DNA of 64,000 nucleotides from an uncultured delta proteobacterium (GTDB lineage: Bacteria > Desulfobacterota > Desulfobaccia > Desulfobaccales > 0-14-0-80-60-11): contig CAWETI010000003.1 of the NCBI GenBank assembly GCA_963812015.1, positions 1,344,001-1,408,000 of the forward strand. Direction: 5' to 3'. Shown here piece by piece: positions 37,016 through 48,899 of this stretch. Position numbers and translations under genes: made by a program. The notes beneath the pieces were generated by a model. It was not told the origin of the DNA and searched no databases. It saw nothing but the letters and a program-made list of their open reading frames with translations. The stretch's first letter is position 1, and each line of letters begins with the position of its first letter.

Positions 37016-38119
37016 ATGTTCGATCGCCGATTAGTCCAAAATTTTGACTGGGTGCTCCTGGGGTTGGTGGTGATCATCTGCGCCACGGGCATCGTCAACC
37101 TTTATAGCGCCGGCTACAATCGCCAGACCGGGGATACCCCCCTTTACGTCAAGCAGCTCTACTGGCTGGCCGTGGGGCTGGGCGTGTTGTGCGTGACCCT
37201 GATCTATGACTACCGGCACCTGGAGAAGCTGAGCTATCCCGTTTATATCCTCAGTATCCTGCTGCTGGTGGCGGTCATATTCGGGGGGAAGATGGTCTCC
37301 GGCTCCCGTCGCTGGCTGCCTCTGGGCCCCTTCTCCTTTCAACCGGCGGAGTTGGCCAAGATCGCCATCATCCTGGTGCTGGCCGCCTACTTCAACCGGC
37401 GTCCCCGGTTGGAGGCCATGCGTCTCAAGAACCTAGTCGTCCCCGGGGTCCTGGTGATGATCCCGGTGGGGTTGATCATCAAACAGCCCGACCTGGGGTC
37501 GGCGATCCTGGTGGCCCTGGTGGCCGCCAGCATGATCCTCTTTGTGGGGGTGTACTGGCGCACCCTCATGAGCTGCGCCCTGACCATGGTGATGCTCTCC
37601 CCGGTGATCTGGCATTTCCTCAAGGATTACCAGCGCCAGCGGGTCTTGACCTTCCTCGACCCGGGGAAAGACCCCCTGGGAGCCGGCTATCATATCTTGC
37701 AGTCCATGATCGCGGTGGGCTCCGGCCAGTTCTGGGGCAAAGGTTTTTTGGCAGGCACCCAGAGCCAGCTTTATTTTCTGCCGGAGCAGCACACCGACTT
37801 CGTCTTTTCCGTGTTTGCCGAGGAGTGGGGCTTCGTGGGGTCCGCGGTGCTGCTCTTGCTGTTTACGGGGCTGGCCCTCTGGGGGCTCTCCGTGGCCCGG
37901 GACTGCAAGGAGCGCTTCGGCCACCTGCTGGCGGTTGGGGTGACGGCCCTGATCTTCTGGCAGGTGTTCATCAACCTCTGCATGGTCACCGGGTTTTTGC
38001 CGGTCGTGGGCATTCCTCTGCCCTTGTTCAGCTACGGGGGCTCCTCCCTGATCACCACCCTGTTAGGAGTGGGATTTCTCCTGAATATTCGCATGCGTCG
38101 CTACCTATTCGGGGGGTGA
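37016..38119 (+). CDS. rodA: Rod shape-determining protein RodA (SEDS family)
   Basis: QPAELAK, QPDLG, FLPEQHTDF and PLFSYGGSS motifs. Confidence 0.95.
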   Translation: MFDRRLVQNFDWVLLGLVVIICATGIVNLYSAGYNRQTGDTPLYVKQLYWLAVGLGVLCVTLIYDYRHLEKLSYPVYILSILLLVAVIFGGKMVSGSRRWLPLGPFSFQPAELAKIAIILVLAAYFNRRPRLEAMRLKNLVVPGVLVMIPVGLIIKQPDLGSAILVALVAASMILFVGVYWRTLMSCALTMVMLSPVIWHFLKDYQRQRVLTFLDPGKDPLGAGYHILQSMIAVGSGQFWGKGFLAGTQSQLYFLPEQHTDFVFSVFAEEWGFVGSAVLLLLFTGLALWGLSVARDCKERFGHLLAVGVTALIFWQVFINLCMVTGFLPVVGIPLPLFSYGGSSLITTLLGVGFLLNIRMRRYLFGG

Positions 38120-38273
38120 TCATTTTTTTGCAAAAAAATTTTGACACCCCGTTGAAAATAGGCTAAAAAGGCAAATGTGAAAAGTTACACATGGCCTTAA
38201 CCTCAGGCACTACCCAGCTTAAAACCGTTAAGTCATTGATCTTAGTAAATAAAATACGAGGTGGCAGCCAGGA

Positions 38274-38702
38274 ATGATTGACATTGATTGGACTTTGTAC
38301 GCGCAGCTTATCAATTTCCTGCTCCTGGTCTTTCTCCTGAACGTGGTTTTGTTCCGTCCCATCCGTAATGTTATCAGGGAACGGCAGGCCAAACTGCTGG
38401 CCCAGGAGGCGGACATCACCCTCCTGGCGGACCAGGGTCAGAGCTTGGAGGATGAGATCAAGGAGAAACTGGCCGCGGCCCGGCGCGATGGCGCTGGGGC
38501 CCGGGAGACCCTGAAGCAGGAAGGGACCCAGGCGGAAGCTTCCCTCCTGGAAGAAGTCAAACGCCAGGTGGAAGTGGAATGGGCCACGGTGGAGAAGAAA
38601 ATCAAAAGTGACATGGCCAAGGCCCGGGGGACCCTGCAGAAGCAGGCCCAGAGCTTTGCCCAGCTGCTGGCCACCAAAATTCTGGGGAGGGAACTCTCAT
38701 GA
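38274..38702 (+). CDS. atpF: ATP synthase F0 subunit b'
   Basis: QLINFLLL-FLLN-VLFRPI followed by a coiled coil; first gene of the atp operon. Confidence 0.9.
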   Translation: MIDIDWTLYAQLINFLLLVFLLNVVLFRPIRNVIRERQAKLLAQEADITLLADQGQSLEDEIKEKLAAARRDGAGARETLKQEGTQAEASLLEEVKRQVEVEWATVEKKIKSDMAKARGTLQKQAQSFAQLLATKILGRELS

Positions 38703-39312
38703 ACGGCGGACGCAGCACTGGATGGGGACGGACCTGGGCAGTCTTGGGGGGCTAGGGGCCGGTTTGCTCCTGGCGGGCGTAGCCGTGGCCTCTGAGGCGG
38801 CGCATGGTGGCGGTCATGGGGGCGTGTCACCGGAAAAGATGAACGATCTCCTGTGGCGCACCGTCAATTTCGTGGTGTTCGCCGCGATCTTGATTAAGCT
38901 GGTGGCCAAGCCGGCAAAGAAGTTCTTCGGCCAGCGTTCTCAGGACGTGGCCACGTCCCTGGAGGAATTGGCCGCCAAGCAGGCCGCGGCCGAAGCAGCC
39001 GTGAAAGCGGCGGAAACCCGCCTGGCTGAGGTCGCCAAAGAGCGGGAGCAAGTTATCCAGCAATTTATCGCCGAAGGGGAAATGGAACGGGCCAAGATCC
39101 TGGATAAGGCCAACCAGGTGGCGGAGCGCATCAAAGAAATGGCGTCCCTCACCATTCAGCAGGAAACCAAAAAAGCCGCCCAAAGCCTGAAAGAGGAAGT
39201 CGTGGGCTTGGCCACCCAGATGGCCACGGACATGATTAAAGAGAAGGCTACCAACGCCGACCAGCAGGGTCTGGTGGAGGAATATTTGCATAAGGTGGTG
39301 CAAACCCATTGA
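38699..39312 (+). CDS. atpF: ATP synthase F0 subunit b (apparent 1-nt deletion in the G run at 38746-38751; alternative in-frame start at 38722)
   Basis: WRTVNF...KKFF-QR plus a coiled coil. The ATGA-coupled start at 38699 joins the main frame if the G6 run is really G7. Confidence 0.88.
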
Positions 39313-39860
39313 TTGACATGACCGTTGCCCGACGCTATGCTAAGGCCTTGCTGACTCTGGGCAAGGAAGATGCTCATTACAAAGAGTATGGGGAGGGGCT
39401 CAGTGGGTTCGCCCAGCTTTTGGAACGAGAACCGGAGCTGAAGGATGCCCTGCTCAACCCCATCCACAACCGGGAGGATCGCAACAAATTACTCCTTCGC
39501 ATGATCGAACTGTTGCAGCTCCCGCCCATGGTTGCCAACCTGCTTCAACTTCTCCTGGATAAACACCGCCTTAACGCAGTTGACGGAGTGGCAATAGCCT
39601 ATCAGGAAATGTTGGATGAAGTGGAGAATGTCCGCCGGGCTCGGGTGAAGACGGCGATTTTCCTGGATGAGGCCACCCAGAAGCGTCTCCGTAAGACGCT
39701 GGAGAAGTTGACCGGCAGCACCGTAGTCATGGAGGTGGAAGAAGATCCTGCCATCATCGGCGGCCTGGTCGCCAAGGTGGGGGACCTGGTGCTGGACGGC
39801 AGTGTGCGCACGCAGATCAATGCTTTGAGAGAATCCTTAATAAAAGGCGAGGTCTTATAA
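39309..39860 (+). CDS. atpH: ATP synthase F1 subunit delta
   Basis: ARRYAKAL, DPAIIGG and DGSV motifs. Confidence 0.96.
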   Translation: MIDMTVARRYAKALLTLGKEDAHYKEYGEGLSGFAQLLEREPELKDALLNPIHNREDRNKLLLRMIELLQLPPMVANLLQLLLDKHRLNAVDGVAIAYQEMLDEVENVRRARVKTAIFLDEATQKRLRKTLEKLTGSTVVMEVEEDPAIIGGLVAKVGDLVLDGSVRTQINALRESLIKGEVL

Positions 39861-41384
39861 ATGGAAATTAGAGCCGAAGAAATCAGCCAAATTATTCGCT
39901 CTCAGATCCGGGATTATGAGAAGAAGGTAGAGGTGGCCGAAACCGGCACGGTGCTGTCCGTGGGTGACGGCATCGCTCGGGTCTATGGCGTAGAGAAATG
40001 CATGGCCATGGAACTTCTGGAGTTCCCGGGGGGCATTTTTGGGATCGCCCTGAACCTGGAAGAGGACAACGTGGGTGTCGCCATCCTGGGTGAAGATACG
40101 CACATCAAAGAGGGCGACATCGTTAAACGCACCGGCCGTATCGCCGAGGTGCCCGTAGGTGACGCAGTCCTGGGCCGGGTTATGGATCCCGTGGGCGCGC
40201 CCATTGACGGCAAGGGTCCCATCGATGCCAAAGAATTCAGCCGCATCGAAGTCAAGGCCCCCGGCGTCATCGAACGCCAGCCGGTGAATGAGCCCTGTTA
40301 CACCGGGTATAAGGCCATCGACGCCATGACCCCCATCGGTCGGGGCCAACGGGAACTGATCATCGGCGACCGCCAGATCGGCAAAACCGCCCTCTGCGTC
40401 GACGCCATCATCAACCAGAAAGATTCCGGGGTCATCTGCATTTACGTGGCCATCGGTCAGAAGAAATCCACCGTGGCCCAGGTGGTGGACGCCCTGGAGC
40501 GCAACGGCGCCATGAAGCACACCATCGTGGTCAACGCCTCGGCCTCCGAGCCCGCCCCCTTGCAGTATGTCGCCGCCTTTGCCGGCTGCGCCATGGGCGA
40601 GTATTACCGGGACAACGGCCGCCACGCCCTGATCATCTATGATGATCTGACCAAGCAGGCCCAGGCCTACCGGCAGATGTCCCTGCTGCTCCGCCGCCCG
40701 CCGGGACGTGAAGCCTATCCCGGTGACATCTTCTACAACCACTCACGGTTGTTGGAGCGGGCCGCCAAGTTGAACGATTCCAAGGGTGCAGGTTCTCTCA
40801 CCGCGCTGCCCATCATCGAAACCCAGCAGGGTGACGTATCGGCCTTCATTCCCACCAACGTTATTTCCATCACCGACGGTCAGGTATACCTGGAACCGAG
40901 TCTGTTCTTCTCCGGTATCCGCCCGGCCATCAACGTCGGTCTGTCGGTCTCCCGGGTTGGCGGCGCCGCCCAGGTAAAGGCCATGAAACAGGTCGCCGGG
41001 TCTCTGCGCCTCGATTTGGCCCAGTACCGGGAACTGGCTGCCTTCGCCCAGTTCGGCTCCGAACTGGACAAGTCCACCCAGCAGCAGCTCAACCGGGGTA
41101 TCCGGCTGGTGGAAATCTTGAAGCAGCCCCAGTACCAGCCCCTTCCCCTGGAGAAGCAGGTCAGCATCCTGTACGCCGGCACCCGGGGCTTCCTGGATAA
41201 ATATCCCATTGACGTACTGGCCTCCTACGAGCAACAGCTCTACAGCTTCATGGAGTCGAAATACGCTGACGTACTGGCCGCCATCAAGGAGCAGAAGGAG
41301 TTTACTGCGGACCTCGATGCCAAGATGAAGGGTATTTTGGAAGAATTTGATGGCGTATTCCAACCTGTCGTCAGTGCGTCGTAA
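39861..41384 (+). CDS. atpA: ATP synthase F1 subunit alpha
   Basis: GDRQIGKT and [12 protein letters not shown] motifs. Confidence 0.99.
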   Translation: MEIRAEEISQIIRSQIRDYEKKVEVAETGTVLSVGDGIARVYGVEKCMAMELLEFPGGIFGIALNLEEDNVGVAILGEDTHIKEGDIVKRTGRIAEVPVGDAVLGRVMDPVGAPIDGKGPIDAKEFSRIEVKAPGVIERQPVNEPCYTGYKAIDAMTPIGRGQRELIIGDRQIGKTALCVDAIINQKDSGVICIYVAIGQKKSTVAQVVDALERNGAMKHTIVVNASASEPAPLQYVAAFAGCAMGEYYRDNGRHALIIYDDLTKQAQAYRQMSLLLRRPPGREAYPGDIFYNHSRLLERAAKLNDSKGAGSLTALPIIETQQGDVSAFIPTNVISITDGQVYLEPSLFFSGIRPAINVGLSVSRVGGAAQVKAMKQVAGSLRLDLAQYRELAAFAQFGSELDKSTQQQLNRGIRLVEILKQPQYQPLPLEKQVSILYAGTRGFLDKYPIDVLASYEQQLYSFMESKYADVLAAIKEQKEFTADLDAKMKGILEEFDGVFQPVVSAS

Positions 41385-41399
41385 GAGCGGGGGATAAGG

Positions 41400-42272
41400 A
41401 TGGCGACCCTAAGAGATATCAGACAGAAGATATCGGCGGTCAAAAAAACCCAGCAGATCACCAAGGCCATGAACATGGTCTCGGCGGCGAAACTGCGGGG
41501 CGCCCAGACGCGCATGGAAGGGTTCCGGCCTTATGCCGAGGCCTTCTCCATGATGCTGGGCAATATGGCCGGCCGGGTGGAGCCTGACATCCACCCCTTC
41601 TTCCAACAAGCCGAACCCGTGACACGCGTAGGGCTGGTGTTGATGACCGCTGACCGTGGTTTGTGCGGCAGCTTCAACGTCAACCTGATTAATACCGCGG
41701 TGAAGTTCATCCGGGAAAAAGAGGCCGCGGGCCTGGAGGTCTCCCTCATCTGCGTGGGCCGCAAAGGCCGGGATTTCTTCCGGCGGCGTAAACGGGAAAT
41801 GCTGGCCCAATACGTGGATGTCTGGAATAAGTTTGACTTCAGTAACGCCGTGGTCGTGGCCCGGGAACTCATGAGCGCCTTCCTCAGCGGGGGGGTGCAA
41901 GAAGTTCACCTGATTCACTCCACGTTTGTGAACATGGCTATACAGCGTCCGCGCCTGGTGCAGTTGCTGCCCATCCAACCCGGAGAGGCGGCAGTTGAGG
42001 CGGCGCCCTCCATGGAGTATCTTTTTGAACCGCCCATGGAGCAGTTCCTGGAGTACCTGCTGCCCAAGTATATCAACGTGCAGGTATACCATGGCTTTCT
42101 GGAGAATTCCGCCAGTGAGTATGCGGCCCGTATGACCGCCATGGACAACGCCCAGAGCAACTGCAAAGAGATGATCACGCATCTCACCCTCGTGATGAAC
42201 AAGGCCCGGCAGGCGGCCATTACCAGAGAATTGATGGATATCGTGGGCGGGGCAGAAGCCCTTAAGGGTTAA
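41400..42272 (+). CDS. atpG: ATP synthase F1 subunit gamma
   Basis: ITKAM-MVSAAK, DRGLCG and NKARQAAIT motifs. Confidence 0.98.
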   Translation: MATLRDIRQKISAVKKTQQITKAMNMVSAAKLRGAQTRMEGFRPYAEAFSMMLGNMAGRVEPDIHPFFQQAEPVTRVGLVLMTADRGLCGSFNVNLINTAVKFIREKEAAGLEVSLICVGRKGRDFFRRRKREMLAQYVDVWNKFDFSNAVVVARELMSAFLSGGVQEVHLIHSTFVNMAIQRPRLVQLLPIQPGEAAVEAAPSMEYLFEPPMEQFLEYLLPKYINVQVYHGFLENSASEYAARMTAMDNAQSNCKEMITHLTLVMNKARQAAITRELMDIVGGAEALKG

Positions 42273-42298
42273 GCCGCCCGGATGAGGAGGATTTTTAG

Positions 42299-43711
<1,413 letters not shown>

Positions 43712-43732
43712 GGGCAGGGGAGGCCAAAGCCT

Positions 43733-44140
43733 ATGGCAGAAAAAGCACTCCTGTTGGAGGTGGTTACTCCTGACCGGTTGGTCCTGTCCACCGAGGCCGA
43801 TGTGGTGGTGTGCCCCGGCGTGGAAGGCCAATTCGGCGTCCTGGTGGGCCACATCCCCTTCTTGAGCGCCCTGGATATCGGTGAGATGTACTACCGCAAG
43901 GGCGGCCAGACCGAATATCTGGCGGTGAGCGGCGGGTTTGCCGAAGTCACCGGCACTAAGGTCACCATCGTGGCTGAAGCTGCCGAGAAAGGCCGGGAGA
44001 TCGATGTGGAACGGGCTAAGCGGGCCTTGGAACGGGCCGAGAAACGTTTGGCCGCCGCCAAGACCGCCGAAATCGACTGGACCCGGGCCGAAGCCGCCCT
44101 GCGCCGCTCCATGGTGCGCGCCAAGGTGGCCAGCCGCTAA
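43733..44140 (+). CDS. atpC: ATP synthase F1 subunit epsilon
   Basis: LEVVTPD, G-FGVL-GH-P and VSGGFAEV motifs. Confidence 0.97.
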   Translation: MAEKALLLEVVTPDRLVLSTEADVVVCPGVEGQFGVLVGHIPFLSALDIGEMYYRKGGQTEYLAVSGGFAEVTGTKVTIVAEAAEKGREIDVERAKRALERAEKRLAAAKTAEIDWTRAEAALRRSMVRAKVASR

Positions 44141-44166
44141 CCCATCATTCACGTAACTTGTTAACT

Positions 44167-44206
44167 AAAGGCAAGCCTGGAAACTCGGGCTTGCCTTTTC
44201 ATTTTT
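44167..44206 (+). terminator. Rho-independent terminator of the atp operon
   Basis: AAAGGCAAGCCTG-GAAACT-CGGGCTTGCCTTTT followed by a T tract. Confidence 0.85.
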
Positions 44207-44339
44207 AGAAAAAAGGAGTATTTTTAATGGGATTAAATCTCAGGGTGAGAATTGCATCAGGCCTTAATGATCTGGTTTTCAAGTTCCGCGTGGAAATTAA
44301 AAATGATAGAATCTTCCTTTTTGAATTTCCTTTCTTAAT

Positions 44340-44363
44340 GTGATATATAATACTGTATATCAC
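44340..44363. promoter_or_regulatory. Operator palindrome overlapping the -10 box of the toxin-antitoxin operon
   Basis: Perfect inverted repeat GTGATATA-N8-TATATCAC containing TATAAT, just before the GGAGG RBS. Confidence 0.7.
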
Positions 44364-44376
44364 GGAGGAAACGGGT

Positions 44377-44610
44377 ATGGCAACCAGACGAATAATCATT
44401 AGTCTTCCTGATGCAGATAAGCTTTGGCTGGAAGGCTATAGCAAAGTTCACAAAATTTCGGTGGCTGAGGCTATTCGCCAGGGTATCGGCGAATTGAAGA
44501 AAAGCCAGCGCCAGCAAACCTATCAACAACTCATAGAGCGTACCAGCGGTGTTTGGAAAATGGGCGACGGTCTTGAATATCAGGAAAAAGTGCGGGCTGA
44601 ATGGGGATAA
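44377..44610 (+). CDS. vapB: CopG/RHH-type antitoxin (VapB-like)
   Basis: RIIISL beta strand plus SVAEAIR helix; C-terminal GVWK...VRAEW; overlaps the PIN gene. Confidence 0.85.
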   Translation: MATRRIIISLPDADKLWLEGYSKVHKISVAEAIRQGIGELKKSQRQQTYQQLIERTSGVWKMGDGLEYQEKVRAEWG

Positions 44611-45002
44611 TCTTGCCCAGGCTTACCAGGCTGTTGGATTCGGTGATTCTCATTGACCACCTGAACGGGGTGCAGGAGGCCAAGCAATTTGTCCTTGCCG
44701 TGGAGCCGGAGCAAACCGCCATTTCCGTCATCACCCGGGCGGAGATTTTAGTCGGGGTAGAGCCGGAGGGTGCGGCGCTGGTCAAGGCCTTGTTAGACCA
44801 ATTTCATCTTCTGATTATCGACAAACCCATTGCCGATTTGGCGGCAGACCTGAGAAAAAGCCAGGGCTGGAAGCTGCCGGATGCCTTTCAAGCCGCGCTC
44901 TGCCTTTATCACAAGATTAAGCTTACTACCCGCAATACTAAAGATTTTGACCCAGACCGCTATGATTTTGTCGAGATTCCCTATGAACTGAGAAGGAAGT
45001 AA
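44601..45002 (+). CDS. vapC: VapC family PIN-domain toxin
   Basis: LLDSVILID, ISVITRAE, KLPDA and TRNTKDF motifs. Confidence 0.92.
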   Translation: MGIILPRLTRLLDSVILIDHLNGVQEAKQFVLAVEPEQTAISVITRAEILVGVEPEGAALVKALLDQFHLLIIDKPIADLAADLRKSQGWKLPDAFQAALCLYHKIKLTTRNTKDFDPDRYDFVEIPYELRRK

Positions 45003-45156
45003 CCCGCAGCTTGTTGGTACTCATCTTGCATTCTTTATGGCAAGGATGCCATGTAGGTAAACTGTGATCCCTAAGTGGACGTATTGCGAAGCAGTAGGGT
45101 TCATATTACAACACCTGCTAGTTTTTTCTGGCATGAAGAGTGCATAAAGGTAAGAT

Positions 45157-46554
45157 ATGAGCCTGATAAAGGATAAGCTCACCGCGATTATCCTGGCCGC
45201 CGGCCAGGGCACCCGCATGAAGTCGAGCCAGCCCAAGGTGCTGCACCAGATCCTGGGGCGGCCCATGATCGCTTACCTCCTGGATACCCTGAAGGAGGTG
45301 GGGATTGAGGATACCGTGGTGGTGGTGGGCCACCAGGCCAAGGCGGTAAAAGACGCCCTGAACGAGTATGGGGTGCGCTTTGTCATCCAAGAGCCCCAGT
45401 TGGGCACCGGCCACGCGGTTCAGGTGGCCATGGCCGCGGTGGCTCCCGGGGCCGGCACCGTTATGGTCCTGTGCGGCGATGCCCCGCTGATTTCGGCGGA
45501 AAGCATCGGGGAGCTTTGCCGGTTACATGCCCAGACCGACGCGGCGGTCACCGTGCAGACCATTGTCCTGCCGGACGGGGCCCACTACGGCCGGGTGGTG
45601 CGGGATGACCAGGGGCAGGTGGCCGCGGTGGTCCAGGCCAAAGACTCCAAGGACCGGCCCGACCTCCTGGCCATCCGGGAGATCAACACCGGGGCCTACT
45701 GTTTTGAGGCCTCCTTTCTGCGTGAGGGACTGACAAAAATCCCCAAAAGCCCGGTCACCGGCGAAATCTATCTCACCGACCTGATCCATATCGCCCGGCG
45801 GCAGGGCAGGGGGGTGGAAGCCCTGGTGGACCCGGATTGGGAGACCCTGCTGGGAATCAACAGCCGGGCCGAATTAGCCGAAGCCACCCGCACCATCAAA
45901 CGCCGCATTAACCACCGGCACATGGACCAGGGGGTCACCCTCATGGACCCGGAACTCACTTTTATTGAATCCCTGGTAACCATCGGCAAAGACACGGTGA
46001 TCTATCCCAATGTTTATCTCCAGGGCAAAACAGCCATCGGTGAAGATTGCGTGATCGAGGCTTCGGTCAAGATCGTCGATTCCACCCTGGAAAATAATGT
46101 CTATGTCAAAATGGGCTGCGTCATCACCGAAAGCCGGGTTGGGGCCGGGGTGGATATCGGCCCCTATGCCCATCTCCGGCCCTTAAGCGACCTTAGGCCT
46201 GGGGTGCACGTCGGCAACTTCGTGGAAGTGAAAAAGTCGGTGCTGCACGAGGGCGTCAAGGCCGGCCATCTCAGCTATCTGGGAGATGCGGATATCGGGG
46301 CCGGCACCAACGTGGGGGCCGGCACCATCACCTGCAACTACGACGGGGTGCACAAGCATCCCACCATCATCGGCGAAAAAGCCTTCATCGGCAGCAACAC
46401 CGCCCTGGTGGCGCCGGTGACCGTGGGCGCCGGGGCTTACGTCGGGGCGGGCTCCACCATCACCAAGGACGTGCCCCCGGGCCAACTGGGGGTCTCCCGG
46501 GCCCGCCAGGTTAATAAAGACCGCCGGTTGGTCGATAAGAAGAAAAAAGAATAA
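45157..46554 (+). CDS. glmU: Bifunctional UDP-GlcNAc pyrophosphorylase/glucosamine-1-P acetyltransferase
   Basis: LAAGQGTRMKS, QLGTGHAV, hexapeptide repeats, HLSYLGDA and CNYDG motifs. Confidence 0.98.
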   Translation: MSLIKDKLTAIILAAGQGTRMKSSQPKVLHQILGRPMIAYLLDTLKEVGIEDTVVVVGHQAKAVKDALNEYGVRFVIQEPQLGTGHAVQVAMAAVAPGAGTVMVLCGDAPLISAESIGELCRLHAQTDAAVTVQTIVLPDGAHYGRVVRDDQGQVAAVVQAKDSKDRPDLLAIREINTGAYCFEASFLREGLTKIPKSPVTGEIYLTDLIHIARRQGRGVEALVDPDWETLLGINSRAELAEATRTIKRRINHRHMDQGVTLMDPELTFIESLVTIGKDTVIYPNVYLQGKTAIGEDCVIEASVKIVDSTLENNVYVKMGCVITESRVGAGVDIGPYAHLRPLSDLRPGVHVGNFVEVKKSVLHEGVKAGHLSYLGDADIGAGTNVGAGTITCNYDGVHKHPTIIGEKAFIGSNTALVAPVTVGAGAYVGAGSTITKDVPPGQLGVSRARQVNKDRRLVDKKKKE

Positions 46555-46631
46555 CCAATAGTCTGTTGCCGGTAAAAGCTGACGATATAAAATTTGTCAA
46601 CTGGCCACTGACTACTCCCAAAGAGGTACCT

Positions 46632-48461
46632 ATGTGCGGCATTATCGGATATCTGGGGCCCCAGGAAGCCATGCCCATCATCCTGGATGGTCTAAAACGG
46701 CTGGAGTACCGGGGCTATGACTCGGCGGGGATGGCGGTGATCACCGATCACGGCCTGGCCATCCGCCGCAGTCTGGGTAAATTGAAGGAGCTGGAAAACC
46801 TGGTGCGGCAGGACCCCCTCCACGGCCAGGTGGGGATCGGCCACACCCGTTGGGCCACCCATGGGCGCCCTTCCGAAACCAACGCCCATCCCCATAGGGT
46901 GGGCGATATCGCGGTGGTGCACAACGGCATCATCGAAAATTACCTGGAACTCAAAGATCAGTTGATCAAGGCCGGCCATCGCTTTTCTTCGGAGACCGAC
47001 ACGGAAATCGTCTCCCATCTCATCGTCAAGCATCTGGAAGAAGGAGCCCCCTATCTGGAAGCGGTGCAGCGGACCATCCGGGAAATCAAGGGCTCATACG
47101 CCCTGGCCATCGTCAACGCCCAGGAGCCCCGTATGTTGTTGGCGGCCCGCAAGGAAAGCCCCTTGATCCTGGGCCTGGGTGAGGGCGAATACTTCCTGGC
47201 CTCGGACATTCCCGCCATCCTGCCCTACACCCGCCGAGTGATTTTTCTCGAAGACCACGATTTCGTGGTGGTGCAGGATGGGCAGTTTTACCTGTTGGAC
47301 GAGGCAGGGCGGCGCATCGAGCGCCCGGAGCACACCATCACCTGGAGCCCGGCCATGGCGGAAAAGGCCGGCTACAAGCATTTTATGCAGAAGGAGATTT
47401 TTGAACAGCCCCGGGCCCTGATTGACACCTTCCGGGGGCGCATCAACCCCGACCTGGGGGAAGTGATGCTCCAGGAGATTGCCCTCTCGGACAATGAAAT
47501 CAAGGATATCCGCAAAATCTTTCTGTTGGCCTGCGGCACCTCGTTTCATGCCGCCATGGTGGGAAAGACCCTCATAGAGAACCTCTGCCGCATCCCGGTG
47601 GAGGTGGACCTGGGCTCCGAGTTCCGCTACCGGAACCCCATGGTGGACCGCCATACCCTGCTCATCCCCATCTCCCAGTCCGGAGAAACCGCGGATACCC
47701 GGGCGGGGCTTACGGCCGGCAAGAAATTGGGGGCCAAGACCCTGGCCATCGTCAACGCGGTGGGCTCCAGCATCGCCCGGGAAGCCGACGCGGTGTTCTA
47801 TACCCACGCCGGGCCTGAGATCGGGGTGGCCTCCACCAAGGCCTTCACCACCCAGTTGGTGGCCCTGTATCTCATCGCCCTGTTTCTGGCCCAGCGGTTA
47901 GGAAAGCTCAATCAGGCGGATATCCGGCCCCGGCTGACGGATTTGCTCAAACTGCCCACCTGGGTCCAGGAGACCCTGGACCTGGACCAGGAAATCCGGG
48001 AAATCGGCCGCCGCTATATGAACGCCCACAATTTCCTCTACCTGGGGCGCGGCATCCACTATCCCATCGCCCTGGAAGGGGCCTTGAAACTCAAGGAGAT
48101 TTCCTATATCCACGCTGAAGGCTATGCCGCCGGGGAGATGAAACACGGCCCCATCGCCCTCATCGACGAAAACCTGCCGGTATTGGTGTTGGCCTCCCGC
48201 AGCCCGGTCCTGGAAAAGGTCCAGGGCAATATCGAAGAGGTGGCGGCCCGGGGCGGGCGTCTCATCGCGGTCACTGAAGCGGATAACCTCCAGGTGCGGG
48301 ACCGGGTGGAGAGCGTCATTACCGTCCCCTCGGTCCCCCTGGAACTGTCGCCCATTGTCCTGGTAACGCCGCTGCAACTGCTGGCTTACCATATCGCCGA
48401 CCTCAGGGGCACCGACGTGGACCAGCCCCGCAACCTGGCCAAGAGCGTGACGGTGGAGTAG
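46632..48461 (+). CDS. glmS: Glutamine--fructose-6-phosphate aminotransferase
   Basis: MCGIIG start; LEYRGYDSAG and GHTRWATHG motifs; ends PRNLAKSVTVE. Confidence 0.99.
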   Translation: MCGIIGYLGPQEAMPIILDGLKRLEYRGYDSAGMAVITDHGLAIRRSLGKLKELENLVRQDPLHGQVGIGHTRWATHGRPSETNAHPHRVGDIAVVHNGIIENYLELKDQLIKAGHRFSSETDTEIVSHLIVKHLEEGAPYLEAVQRTIREIKGSYALAIVNAQEPRMLLAARKESPLILGLGEGEYFLASDIPAILPYTRRVIFLEDHDFVVVQDGQFYLLDEAGRRIERPEHTITWSPAMAEKAGYKHFMQKEIFEQPRALIDTFRGRINPDLGEVMLQEIALSDNEIKDIRKIFLLACGTSFHAAMVGKTLIENLCRIPVEVDLGSEFRYRNPMVDRHTLLIPISQSGETADTRAGLTAGKKLGAKTLAIVNAVGSSIAREADAVFYTHAGPEIGVASTKAFTTQLVALYLIALFLAQRLGKLNQADIRPRLTDLLKLPTWVQETLDLDQEIREIGRRYMNAHNFLYLGRGIHYPIALEGALKLKEISYIHAEGYAAGEMKHGPIALIDENLPVLVLASRSPVLEKVQGNIEEVAARGGRLIAVTEADNLQVRDRVESVITVPSVPLELSPIVLVTPLQLLAYHIADLRGTDVDQPRNLAKSVTVE

Positions 48462-48534
48462 TCTTGGCGACTTTGCGTCTTGGCGAGAGATAATTCTCAC
48501 GCAAAGGCGCTAAGGCGCAAAGAACGCAAAGGAG

Positions 48535-48831
48535 TTACTTTTCCACCAACGCGAAGCGGGGGCGGCTGATGGATTGGTGGTGGCACAGGGGGCAGCGGCT
48601 GGGGCGCGTGAGCCGGCCCCGCTTTTTAAAGGCAAAGCCGCAGTTTTTGCACACCGCGGGGGTGATGTGGAAATGCCTCCCGGCCCCGGGGGCTCGGGCG
48701 AGGTGGGCCAGGTGGTCCAGCACTTCTTTTTCCGACAGAGACAGCAGTTGCGACAACTCCAGGCTGGAGTAGGGCTGCTCCGCCAGCAGTTCTTTCATGG
48801 CCTGGCGCGGGGTGCTCACCGGGCTTGCCAC
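48535..48831 (-). CDS. Small HTH plus Zn-ribbon transcriptional regulator
   Basis: HTH-like ELSQLLSLSEKEVLDHL-H; CKNCGF-F...PSRCPLC. Confidence 0.85.
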   Translation of the reverse strand: MASPVSTPRQAMKELLAEQPYSSLELSQLLSLSEKEVLDHLAHLARAPGAGRHFHITPAVCKNCGFAFKKRGRLTRPSRCPLCHHQSISRPRFALVEK

Positions 48832-48899
48832 ACGGGAATTTTGTGGTTTAATTTCATAATAATCTTAACCCTTTAGACTCCTAAGCGACAACTATTCTG

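Noticed and set aside
48462..48535. Possible Tn7 insertion at attTn7 downstream of glmS
   Set aside because: No Tn7 ends or tns genes; only short octamer repeats, so the site appears empty.
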